A stretch of DNA of 24,000 nt from Bacilli bacterium (GTDB lineage: Bacteria > Bacillota_I > Bacilli_A > RFN20 > UBA1709). Where the stretch lies: contig JBMNFL010000001.1 of assembly GCA_050949315.1 (NCBI GenBank), forward strand, positions 518,241-542,240. Direction: 5' to 3'. The position numbers were made by a program, and so were the translations under genes. The stretch's first letter is position 1. Each line of letters opens with the position of its first letter. Below, in pieces: positions 1-7,995 of the stretch. The notes beneath the pieces were generated by a model, which was given only the letters and a program-made list of their open reading frames with translations, made no database searches and was not told the origin of the DNA.

Positions 1-390
1 AGTATCATCCATCAGCGTATCTAACTTAATAACCGATTTGGCTTTGTTATAAGTCGCGACATGATCGGGATAACAATAGACAAGGTTCGCCTGCTCGCCA
101 ATGGAGAGTTCGGTTTTGATTTGGTCACGCACATCATCATACCCGCCAATAGCCAAAGAATTTATCGTAATGTTCGGATAAAGTTCTTCAAAGGCCTCAA
201 TGTAGACATTTAAAACATTTTGCAAAGGCTGTCCCATGGTATGGTAAAAACGTATGGTAACTTTAGAGTTATCATAACCACCTTCCGGAATGACAAAATC
301 CGGCAAGTTTTCGCTCTTCTTACAACCCGACAGGGTCGGAATGAGAAGAAGCACCATCAACGAACAAATAAACCAACGTATTTTTTTCAT
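1..390 (-). CDS. Sugar-type ABC transporter substrate-binding lipoprotein, paralog 2 (N-terminal 130 codons only; 3' end runs off the left window edge)
   Basis: Absent from the ORF track because it has no stop inside the window. The reverse-strand ATG at 390-388 gives MKKIRWFICSLMVLLLIPTLSGCKK... (signal peptide plus lipobox LSGC). It continues FVIPEGGYDNSKVTIRFYHTM...LYPNITI...GGYDDVRDQIKTE...CYPDHVATYNKAK. This is colinear with residues ~50-150 of the 409..1893 product and roughly 60% identical by hand count. It lies only 18 nt downstream of that gene's stop. Confidence 0.8.
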   Translation of the reverse strand, partial: MKKIRWFICSLMVLLLIPTLSGCKKSENLPDFVIPEGGYDNSKVTIRFYHTMGQPLQNVLNVYIEAFEELYPNITINSLAIGGYDDVRDQIKTELSIGEQANLVYCYPDHVATYNKAKSVIKLDTLMDDT

Positions 391-408
391 TTTAATCTCT
401 TTCTTAAT

Positions 409-1893
409 TTAGCCAGTAACCTGATATTCACATTCTGTAATAGCATCAGCAAAGACTGTGTCAATATTTTTCTTGTCACTGACGTCGGCTAACATAGCAT
501 CAATAATTCCACCAACTTGATCTCTAGCTTCACTGGAGCCGACAAAGGCTGGTGAAGTAAAGTAGTTGGCTGCTTGTTCCATACAAACATAGGCTGATAA
601 TGACGAAATGTTATCGCCACCATTACGGGCCGCTAATTTTTCCGCAAAAGTTTCATTTTGCTTAACTGATTTTAAAACAGGTACATAACCAGAAGCCAAT
701 GAGAATTCCGCTTGGAACTCAACACTGGTGGTTAAATATTTGAGGAATAACCAAGATGCCATAACCTTTTGAGGATCACTATTCCTAAAGATACAGACCG
801 AAGGTCCTTGTGAAATGACCCGTTTGTGTTCGGCATTAGCCTGAGGAATCTCAGCAATACCAACATCAAAAGGATAATTGCCACCAACTTTATCTGGTCT
901 TTGGTGAGTAGCACCTGCAGAAGAGCCAATGGACATATAAGATTTTTGCTTGCTAGGGTCGGTTTCCTTAAAGATTGATGAGGTGTAAGTACCTAAAAGC
1001 TTTTGAGTAGTTACATAACCTTTTTTAGACCAGTCTTTAAACTTGTTAACAAAAGCTTTAGCATCATCATTGTTAAATAAGAAATGATTACCCGTAGCTG
1101 AAGTGTAAGGAATTTCTAATTGCTCACACATCGTGATGAACCAGTTGGCTGATGAGTCATAGCCAAGAGGAGTACTGTTGGGATCAATTTTCTTAATGGC
1201 CTCGCAGACATATTCCAATGAGGTCTTGTCATCATCACCCGTGCTAAACCAGTGATCAGGAACACTTAAATTGTTGGCCGTAAAGAAGGTCTTATTGTAG
1301 TAGAGAACTTCGGTAGATTTGGAGAATGGTAGGGTATACATTCTACCATCAGCAAATTGTTTACCTTCATTGTAATAAGCCTCAATGAAGTCACCTTTTT
1401 GGACTTGATTTAGACCAATAATGCCGTCTTTACCATCCGAAACTTGTGAATTAATCAAATTGTCAAGGGAAATAACGGCTTTAGCTTTGTTATACAAGGC
1501 GACATGGTCGGGATAACAATAGGCTAAGTTTGGTTGATTGCCAATCGCAATCTCGGTCTTGATTTGATTTCTGACATCGTCATAACTACCAACAGAGGTG
1601 TACTCAACTGTGATGTTGGGATAGATCGCGTTGAATGATGTGATGTACTGATCAAGAACAGGTGTGAGATTGGTCGTACTCATCGTGTGGTAAAACTTAA
1701 TCGTTACCGCACTACCGTCATAACCACCTTCTGGAACAACGAAAGCGGTCTGATCAACTTTCGGTGTAGTACCACCACCAGTGGTAGTGTCACTACTAGT
1801 TCCATTGCTTTGCCCATTGCCACAACCCACTAGCATCGCTAGAGAGAGTGCAAGAGCAAAGCCTAAGAGAATTTTCGACTTTGTTTTGTGCAT
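409..1893 (-). CDS. ABC transporter substrate-binding lipoprotein (family-1 extracellular solute-binding protein, carbohydrate type), paralog 1
   Basis: 494-aa ORF. The N-terminus MHKTKSKILLGFALALSLAMLVGCGNG carries a signal peptide and lipobox (LVGC), followed by a Gly/Ser/Thr-rich tether. Its size and its position downstream of CUT1-type permeases fit a sugar-binding protein. The substrate cannot be read from the sequence. Confidence 0.85.
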   Translation of the reverse strand: MHKTKSKILLGFALALSLAMLVGCGNGQSNGTSSDTTTGGGTTPKVDQTAFVVPEGGYDGSAVTIKFYHTMSTTNLTPVLDQYITSFNAIYPNITVEYTSVGSYDDVRNQIKTEIAIGNQPNLAYCYPDHVALYNKAKAVISLDNLINSQVSDGKDGIIGLNQVQKGDFIEAYYNEGKQFADGRMYTLPFSKSTEVLYYNKTFFTANNLSVPDHWFSTGDDDKTSLEYVCEAIKKIDPNSTPLGYDSSANWFITMCEQLEIPYTSATGNHFLFNNDDAKAFVNKFKDWSKKGYVTTQKLLGTYTSSIFKETDPSKQKSYMSIGSSAGATHQRPDKVGGNYPFDVGIAEIPQANAEHKRVISQGPSVCIFRNSDPQKVMASWLFLKYLTTSVEFQAEFSLASGYVPVLKSVKQNETFAEKLAARNGGDNISSLSAYVCMEQAANYFTSPAFVGSSEARDQVGGIIDAMLADVSDKKNIDTVFADAITECEYQVTG

Positions 1894-1950
1894 AGTTTTT
1901 CAATCCTTTCTTTAATAATATCTATGAATAAGCTTTGCCAAGCTTTATTC

Positions 1951-2877
1951 CTATCCTTTAATACCGGCGCGAGAAACGCCCTTCATAATGTACTTTCTAC
2001 AGAAGATGAAGACGAGAAATAGTGGTAAAGAAACTAAGGCGACCGCTGCCATCTGAACAGGATAATCAATATCGCCAGTGGAAGCGGTAAAAGCGTTACG
2101 TAAACCGTTAGTTATCAAGCGGTGAGCCTCATCATTAGCAACTAAACGCGGCCAAATATAGGCGTTCCAAGCTCCCATCATTTTTAAAATCGTAATTGAA
2201 ATTAACTGCGGCAAGGCTAAAGGAACCATGATCTTCAGCAAATACATAAAATCACTGGTGCCATCAACCTTAGCAGCTAGATATAACTCATTAGGTATTT
2301 GTTTAAAATTCTGCCTCAAAAGGTAAATATAGAAAACACTAACTAAGAAGGGGAAAATCAAGGCTGCAAAGGTGTTCATCCAACCAAGACTATTGACTGT
2401 CGCATAGTTAGTGATAGTAAATAACTCGCCAGGAATCATCATGGTAGCTAGTAGAATGGCGAAAAGAGCGTCTCTACCTTTAAATTCCAAACGCGCGAAA
2501 GCAAAGGCACTTAAAACTGTCACCACTAAAGAAAGCAAGGTAGAACAAACACCGACAAACATGGTGTTGAGGAAAAGTCTACCAAGTTTAGCGGTAGTAA
2601 AGGCCTTGGCATAGTTTTCAAAATGAACGACATGAGGCCAGAAAGTTGGCGTGGCCAAACGATACTCTTCTAACGATTTCAAAGAGGAGTTAAGCATCCA
2701 ATAAAAGGGGAAAAGAACGGCAATAGCAACCAAAATCAGAAAAGTATAGTTTAAAATAAGCGCCATTCTGCGTCCCGCTTTAGCTTTCTTTTTAATCTCC
2801 TTGATATCCATATCTTCTTGACTGATTATTTTCTTCTTCTCATTTTCGGAAGTTATAACATTTTTTTCTTGTTCCAT
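1951..2877 (-). CDS. Carbohydrate ABC transporter permease (MalG/UgpE-like, CUT1 family)
   Basis: 308-aa multi-TM ORF with an EAA-loop-like motif LAAKVDGTSDFMYLLKIMVPLALP. SD GGGGGTGA lies 4 nt upstream of the ATG at 2877. Confidence 0.85.
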   Translation of the reverse strand: MEQEKNVITSENEKKKIISQEDMDIKEIKKKAKAGRRMALILNYTFLILVAIAVLFPFYWMLNSSLKSLEEYRLATPTFWPHVVHFENYAKAFTTAKLGRLFLNTMFVGVCSTLLSLVVTVLSAFAFARLEFKGRDALFAILLATMMIPGELFTITNYATVNSLGWMNTFAALIFPFLVSVFYIYLLRQNFKQIPNELYLAAKVDGTSDFMYLLKIMVPLALPQLISITILKMMGAWNAYIWPRLVANDEAHRLITNGLRNAFTASTGDIDYPVQMAAVALVSLPLFLVFIFCRKYIMKGVSRAGIKG

Positions 2878-2888
2878 GCTTTCACCCC

Positions 2889-3818
2889 CTAATAATGAAC
2901 TTTCTTCTTGCTAACATAAAGATTAATCATTGTTACGAAGAATATTAATACAAACAAGATTAAAGCCGCGGCCGAAGCCCGACCGTAGTTAGAATCAGCT
3001 AGAGCATCATAAATAAAACCGACCATTGTATTTAATTTTTTTGTTTCACCAGCCGGCCCCATTGTCTCGCCATAAATACCGATGATGCTTGAATATTCCT
3101 TAAAGCCCCCAATAAAACCAGTGATAACAACATAGGCAATCATGGGTGAAAGCAAGGGTACGGTAATGCGTGAGAAAATTCTTTTCCTAGAAGCCCCATC
3201 AATTTTAGCGGCTTCATAGTACTGCTTATTAATCCCTTGTAAGCCACCTAACAAAATTAAAATCTTGAAAGGCAAGGCATTCCAAACGATATAAACTACT
3301 AAAACGGTCATATTAGCAGCGTAGCTGCTGCCGGCATTGATCCAGTTGATAGGTCCAATGCCAAAGACCCCTAAAATATTATTGATAATACCGGCTGTTA
3401 CAATCGTGTCGACCGAACCAACGATATTAAACATCATGGCAAAGACCATACCAATAGCGATGGAGTTTGTAACATAAGGTAAGAAATAAATAGTCTGTAA
3501 CACTCTTCTTAAGGGCCCGATAGAATTTAAACAAACGGCAATTAACAAGGCCAAAAAGGAAGAAATAGGAACTGTTATTATACAAAGTAAGCAAGTATTC
3601 TTTAGACAAGAAAGAAACCTAGCATATTTTAAAACTTTAACGAAGTTACCAATTCCAAAATTATAAGTTTCACCACCGACAACGCCTAAAGAATTGTAAC
3701 CCTCTAAAAAGGCCATGCGCAAAGTGTTAACGATGGGCCAGAAGGTGAAGACTAATAAGAGAACTATCGCTGGGGCTAAATAAAGCCAGGCTTTCCATTG
3801 TTGACGATTATCAACCAT
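2889..3818 (-). CDS. Carbohydrate ABC transporter permease (MalF/UgpA-like, CUT1 family)
   Basis: 309-aa multi-TM ORF with the EAA motif YEAAKIDGASRKRIFSRITVPLLSP. SD GAGGGGAG overlaps the end of the upstream ATPase gene. Confidence 0.85.
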   Translation of the reverse strand: MVDNRQQWKAWLYLAPAIVLLLVFTFWPIVNTLRMAFLEGYNSLGVVGGETYNFGIGNFVKVLKYARFLSCLKNTCLLCIITVPISSFLALLIAVCLNSIGPLRRVLQTIYFLPYVTNSIAIGMVFAMMFNIVGSVDTIVTAGIINNILGVFGIGPINWINAGSSYAANMTVLVVYIVWNALPFKILILLGGLQGINKQYYEAAKIDGASRKRIFSRITVPLLSPMIAYVVITGFIGGFKEYSSIIGIYGETMGPAGETKKLNTMVGFIYDALADSNYGRASAAALILFVLIFFVTMINLYVSKKKVHY

Positions 3819-3820
3819 AA

Positions 3821-4936
3821 TTATGACTCCCCTCGATTGGAGCTTAGACCTTTATCAGTAAAGTATATTCTCTCCTCTGTCTCTTTATTGAAGAGAAAAA
3901 TCTTATTGGCCTTGATAGAAAATTTTACTGTCCCTTCATCCCTAATATCACCAAGAACCGTGGCATCAACAATGGAACGAATTGTCGTGTTTTCCGACTT
4001 TGGATGTTCACTGACAATGGTAGCATCTCTTCCCATAACCTCTAGATTGCGGATTTTACAGGTAAGTTCACCTTTAGGATTTATGATAAAACCTTCGGGG
4101 CGAATACCAATGTGGACCGCCTGATCAGGAAGATTAGCTTCCATAATCTTTTCTTCACCAATATAAATGGCTTTGTTTTTAATATTCCCTTCAAAAACAT
4201 TAATGGGTGGGGTTCCTAAAAACTTAGCAACAAAAAGGTTGATAGGATTGTCATAAACTTTCTGGGGTTCATCTATCTGCTGAACAAGCCCTTCTTTCAT
4301 GACAATAATCATATCGGAAATACTCATGGCCTCTTCTTGGTCATGGGTAACAAAGATAGTGGTTATCCCTGTTTCTCTTTGAATTCTTTTAATCTCTTCA
4401 CGAGTTTGCAGACGTAAACGAGCATCCAAGTTACTCAAAGGTTCATCTAACAAAAGAACATTAGGCATTTTAACAAGGGCTCTAGCGATGGCCACCCTTT
4501 GTTGTTGACCGCCTGATAACTCACTGGGTTTGCGATCCAGTAAATCATCAATTTGCACCAGTTTGGCAACATCAACCGTCCTTTCAAACATCTTATCCTT
4601 ATCCATCTTCTGATTCTGCAAAGGAAACATGATGTTTTGTTTGACCGTCATATGAGGATAAAGGGCATAATTTTGGAAAACTAGGCCTATCCCTCTTTTT
4701 TCTGGCGCTAAATCTGTGACATCATCATCACCAAAATAGATACGTCCAGCCGAAGGTTTTTGTAAACCGCTAATCATATAAAGTGTTGTTGACTTGCCAC
4801 AGCCTGATGGACCTAAAAGACCGACGAGCTTCCCGTCGGGTATTTCAAAGTTGAAATTATTAACTGCTATGACTGAGTCCCCATCTTTTTTTCGGCTTGG
4901 AAAAACCTTGGTTAAGTATTCTAATACTACTTTCAT
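3821..4936 (-). CDS. ABC transporter ATP-binding protein (MsmX/UgpC/MalK type)
   Basis: Walker [10 protein letters not shown], signature LSGGQQQR, Walker B LLLDEP, H-loop VTHD, plus a C-terminal regulatory/TOBE-like extension. The track starts at TTG 4942. I place the start at ATG 4936 because AGGAGG sits 7 nt upstream of it. Confidence 0.9.
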   Translation of the reverse strand: MKVVLEYLTKVFPSRKKDGDSVIAVNNFNFEIPDGKLVGLLGPSGCGKSTTLYMISGLQKPSAGRIYFGDDDVTDLAPEKRGIGLVFQNYALYPHMTVKQNIMFPLQNQKMDKDKMFERTVDVAKLVQIDDLLDRKPSELSGGQQQRVAIARALVKMPNVLLLDEPLSNLDARLRLQTREEIKRIQRETGITTIFVTHDQEEAMSISDMIIVMKEGLVQQIDEPQKVYDNPINLFVAKFLGTPPINVFEGNIKNKAIYIGEEKIMEANLPDQAVHIGIRPEGFIINPKGELTCKIRNLEVMGRDATIVSEHPKSENTTIRSIVDATVLGDIRDEGTVKFSIKANKIFLFNKETEERIYFTDKGLSSNRGES

Positions 4937-4980
4937 CAACAAACCTCCTGAATAGAAATCTCGGGGAAGATGGGCGTTAG

Positions 4981-4994
4981 ATTAAGCGCTTACA
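4981..4994 (-). promoter_or_regulatory. cre-like (CcpA catabolite-responsive element) site in the leader of the sugar ABC operon
   Basis: The minus strand reads TGTAAGCGCTTAAT, which matches the consensus TGWAANCGNTNWCA at 12 of 14 positions. It lies between the predicted -10 and the SD of the ATPase gene. Confidence 0.45.
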
Positions 4995-5043
4995 ATATAA
5001 ACCAGAAAGAGCCTAAATCAAACTACCTCTTCTTGCTCAAGCG

Positions 5044-5072
5044 ATTATATTTTACTATCTTTACGCAGTAAA
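5044..5072 (-). promoter_or_regulatory. Putative sigma-A promoter of the ABC operon
   Basis: Minus strand TTTACT - 17 nt - TATAAT (-35 at 5067-5072, -10 at 5044-5049), about 100 nt upstream of the start codon. Confidence 0.4.
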
Positions 5073-5183
5073 AGAAACCCTCTTTTTTACCTTTATTTTT
5101 AATAAAGGCTAAAAACAGCTAAACTTATCTATACATTTTTTAATTGGGAAAAATATTTTTTTACACAAATTTTACCTTTTTTT

Positions 5184-6032
5184 TCAACTTTTTGAATCTT
5201 CAGCTAGCCTTTGCTCCAATTCTTCCTTGCTGTTAGCAAAAAATTGGCTATCGCTATCGACTACTACGGTGCTGCCAACTATGTCGTGTAAGGCTTGACT
5301 ATTCTTAGTAAAACCAACACATAGGCACTCAACAGTTGCTAAGACGGCGATAATGATTACGCCAAGCAAACCGCCTCTAGGATTGATAAAAGCAAACACA
5401 ATACAAAAAATAGGAATCATGGTTTCAATAGCAAAACGCCCTATCACCACCCGAGCAAAAAGCTGCCATGAGCGGATTTTAACTCGATCCGTACCTAAAA
5501 GCCCGATATGCATAATAAGTTTGCCTACCGTCTTACCCTTTTTCAGAATCAAAGGTACGGCAAACTCTAAAATTAATAAGCCAACTAAAGAACTCATCGA
5601 TAACATAACAATCATCAGATTGTCACAGATACCACTATATTTAATAGCTTCGGCATCAGCATAAAAATCTTGCCAAGAAAGATAACAAGCATCATTGCTT
5701 AAGGGTTTACCATTTTCATCATATTCAACAACACACGCGATATATTTATCTTCTTCGCCACTCGCATCAGGATTCAGTGAATATATTCCATGCTCCAGAT
5801 ACTTTTCTTCAAGCCTGGCATAATTTCCATCATAATCGACAATCTTAGAAATAAGAGTAGCTAAACCCGTCGCTAAAACCACTAGTAAAATCATATCAAT
5901 CAAAAAGGCGGCAAAACGTCTTAAGATGCTGGCTTTATTGATATCATAAACACTTGGTCTATAGGTGCGATTCATCAAATCGCCACTTTTTTGATAACGT
6001 GAGCGAAAAAGACCTTCTTTACCTCTTGCCAT
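5184..6032 (-). CDS. RDD-family integral membrane protein (paralog A)
   Basis: RDD-type motifs: RRFAAFLIDMILLVVL before TM1, and later GKTVGKLIMHIGLL. A ~90-aa Cys-containing loop follows TM1. The track start is GTG 6053. I prefer ATG 6032 (MARGKEG...) because AGGGAG lies 6 nt upstream. This start overlaps the upstream gene's end by 14 nt. Confidence 0.75.
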   Translation of the reverse strand: MARGKEGLFRSRYQKSGDLMNRTYRPSVYDINKASILRRFAAFLIDMILLVVLATGLATLISKIVDYDGNYARLEEKYLEHGIYSLNPDASGEEDKYIACVVEYDENGKPLSNDACYLSWQDFYADAEAIKYSGICDNLMIVMLSMSSLVGLLILEFAVPLILKKGKTVGKLIMHIGLLGTDRVKIRSWQLFARVVIGRFAIETMIPIFCIVFAFINPRGGLLGVIIIAVLATVECLCVGFTKNSQALHDIVGSTVVVDSDSQFFANSKEELEQRLAEDSKS

Positions 6033-7770
6033 TAGAAACTCCCTTCCGCCCACAAATTCTAAAAAATTCTTTATTGGGACGATTTAAAACTAAATAGCCG
6101 CCTTCATTAATAACATTAACGCGGTTAAAAGTCCACTCTTCCCCATTTACTTTGGTAAAAGAGCCCCCGGCTTCTTGAACGATTAAAACCCCAGGAGCGA
6201 TATCCCATTCCTTGGTATTATTCCCTGTTTTATAGTTTATATGACCCTTGCCCTCCGCAATTAAACCAAATTTATAGGCACTACCATAAGCTTTTTCTTC
6301 TTTAATTAAACTAGCAAACTGCTTATAAAACTTATCGACTTCTCTACTACCATGGAAATGGCTCTTGGTCGCGATAAAGTCACTTGTGGCTTTACTGACC
6401 GCGATACGGCTGATTTTACCAGCTTCTTTTTTATAGGCTCCCGCCCCTTTCATCGCGTAGTAATAAACATCTTTCATCGGAACGGCTATGACACCAACCA
6501 CAACCTCCTGCTTATGAACAAGGGCGATATTAATCGAAAATTCATCATCGTGAGCAATAAAATCTTTAGTACCATCAATTGGATCAATAATCCAGACATT
6601 TTCCTTATTTAAACGGCTTTTATCATCCGCACTTTCTTCACTTAAAAGACCATAATCTGGATAAAACTTCTTTAGCTCTTCACTGATAAATTTATCAACC
6701 GCTTTATCAGCCTCAGTTACTGGTGATTCATCTTCTTTTAATTCAATTTGCAAGTTGCTTTTTAAGTAATAACTTTTAGCTATCTCACTCGCCTTACGAG
6801 CGATATCTAAGGCCACACTTACTTCTTTAGAGTAAGGCTTACTAGCAAAGGCCAGCTGTTCAAACTCCGCTAACATCACATCAACTTCATCCCAGTTTAA
6901 TAAAGTGGCACCCGCCGCTTTTATGTGTCCACCGCCACCAAATTTATTACAAACAAGATTGACAGGAAGACCTTTAGAACGGGTTTCCGCCCTAATAGTC
7001 CCATTATCATTTTCTGTAAAATGACACCAAATATCGACACCCTTAATGTTAGCCATCGCATTAACTGTCCCCGCCCCATGATCTTTTAAACCAAAAGATT
7101 CTGCTAACTCTGGACTGATTTTATTATAGGCTACACCATAGGGGCTCAAAGTGAAATTGTAGCGACAAAATCCATAATATTTCGCATGTCCTAAATCATC
7201 TTCATAAATTATTTGGTAAATCCTTGCAACCTCGGCACCTTTTTGTACTAGCCATTTCGCACAGTCAAACAGGCGGGGGCTAAATGAATAAAGAAAACGA
7301 TTGGCATCGGTTGTTAAACCTAAATAAAGGGCATTCGCCCCCATTATATTTATTTCCCATTTGGCTTTAATTGCTAGGTAAGTTATCATCTCACAAACTG
7401 AAGAAGCTTTGCTATCCACCCACTCAACTTCCCCAAAATGTTCCATTAACTCATGATGATCAATTTTCATTACTGCTTTAGCAGTTTTAAAACGCTGATC
7501 GTCAACTCGCGCTTGATCCGCGCAGTCTAACACAATGGCTAAAGAAGCCGCCACCGTCTCATCGGAACAAGTATCAAGAGGTCCGGCAACCAAAACATAA
7601 TCATCAACATCTTTACCTAGACAAAAAACCTTTTTATGAGGATAGTTACTTTTAATCAATTCGCGCAATCCAACTTGTGAGCCATAGGCATCACCATCTG
7701 GACTTTCATGACGAAAAAGCGTGATAATATCGTGCTTTTCAATCTTTTCAATGATGGATTGTAAATTCAT
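6019..7770 (-). CDS. nrnA: Fusion protein: NrnA-like DHH/DHHA1 phosphoesterase (nanoRNase / pAp phosphatase) + CysQ-like IMPase-fold 3'(2'),5'-bisphosphate nucleotidase
   Basis: The N-terminal half carries HESPDGDAYGS, VLDCAD, KIDHHE, TTDANRF and GGGGH, and is colinear with B. subtilis NrnA as I remember it. The C-terminal half carries SPVTEADKAVD, LLSEE, WIIDPIDGTKDF, YKFGLIAEG and WDIAPG, which are CysQ/IMPase signatures. The frame is continuous. I set the start at ATG 7770 because the track's first codons (ATG GGA GGG) are themselves the SD GGGAGGG. Confidence 0.85.
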   Translation of the reverse strand: MNLQSIIEKIEKHDIITLFRHESPDGDAYGSQVGLRELIKSNYPHKKVFCLGKDVDDYVLVAGPLDTCSDETVAASLAIVLDCADQARVDDQRFKTAKAVMKIDHHELMEHFGEVEWVDSKASSVCEMITYLAIKAKWEINIMGANALYLGLTTDANRFLYSFSPRLFDCAKWLVQKGAEVARIYQIIYEDDLGHAKYYGFCRYNFTLSPYGVAYNKISPELAESFGLKDHGAGTVNAMANIKGVDIWCHFTENDNGTIRAETRSKGLPVNLVCNKFGGGGHIKAAGATLLNWDEVDVMLAEFEQLAFASKPYSKEVSVALDIARKASEIAKSYYLKSNLQIELKEDESPVTEADKAVDKFISEELKKFYPDYGLLSEESADDKSRLNKENVWIIDPIDGTKDFIAHDDEFSINIALVHKQEVVVGVIAVPMKDVYYYAMKGAGAYKKEAGKISRIAVSKATSDFIATKSHFHGSREVDKFYKQFASLIKEEKAYGSAYKFGLIAEGKGHINYKTGNNTKEWDIAPGVLIVQEAGGSFTKVNGEEWTFNRVNVINEGGYLVLNRPNKEFFRICGRKGVSNGKR

Positions 7771-7794
7771 TAAAATCCCTCCCATTGCTTTCTA

Positions 7795-7823
7795 ATTATA
7801 ACGATTATCCTTAACTTAAACAA
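7795..7823 (-). promoter_or_regulatory. Sigma-A-type promoter for the nrnA-cysQ fusion / RDD pair
   Basis: Minus strand TTGTTT - 17 nt - TATAAT (-35 at 7818-7823, -10 at 7795-7800), directly after the tRNA terminator. Confidence 0.55.
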
Positions 7824-7825
7824 CT

Positions 7826-7858
7826 AAAAAATCGTTGTGTCTCACCAGCACAACGATT
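7826..7858 (-). terminator. Rho-independent terminator downstream of tRNA-Lys
   Basis: Minus strand AATCGTTGTG-CTGGTGAGA-CACAACGATT. This is a perfect 10-bp stem with a 9-nt loop, running into TTTTTT. Confidence 0.8.
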
Positions 7859-7868
7859 CGTAACAATT

Positions 7869-7944
7869 TGGTGGACCCTTGGGGATTCGAACCCCAGACC
7901 CACTGATTAAGAGTCAGTTGCTCTGCCAACTGAGCTAAGGGTCC
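7869..7944 (-). tRNA. tRNA-Lys (anticodon CUU), CCA encoded
   Basis: The 76-nt minus-strand sequence is GGACCCTTAGCTCAGTTGGCAGAGCAACTGACTCTTAATCAGTGGGTCTGGGGTTCGAATCCCCAAGGGTCCACCA. It folds by hand into a cloverleaf: acceptor GGACCCT/AGGGTCC, D stem GCTC/GAGC, anticodon stem ACTGA/TCAGT with loop CTCTTAA, and T stem TGGGG/CCCCA with loop TTCGAAT. Confidence 0.95.
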
Positions 7945-7959
7945 TTTTTGCACTACCAA

Positions 7960-7988
7960 ATGATAGAACAAAAGATGCTAGATTGCAA
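7960..7988 (-). promoter_or_regulatory. Sigma-A-type promoter for tRNA-Lys
   Basis: Minus strand TTGCAA - 17 nt - TATCAT (-35 at 7983-7988, -10 at 7960-7965), about 15 nt upstream of the mature tRNA 5' end. Confidence 0.55.
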
Positions 7989-7995
7989 GATATTT

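Noticed and set aside
5090-5108. Perfect 8-bp AT-rich hairpin CCTTTATT-TTT-AATAAAGG between the RDD gene and the ABC operon promoter.
   Set aside because: I considered it as the RDD terminator. On the minus strand the U-run lies upstream of the stem and an A-run follows it, and on the plus strand no T-run follows either. It does not meet the intrinsic-terminator pattern in either orientation.
7786-7995. tRNA-Lys as a possible integration site for a genomic island.
   Set aside because: There is no integrase, recombinase or phage/plasmid gene on either side. I saw no direct repeat of the tRNA 3' end elsewhere in the window. The flanking genes are ordinary housekeeping or membrane genes.
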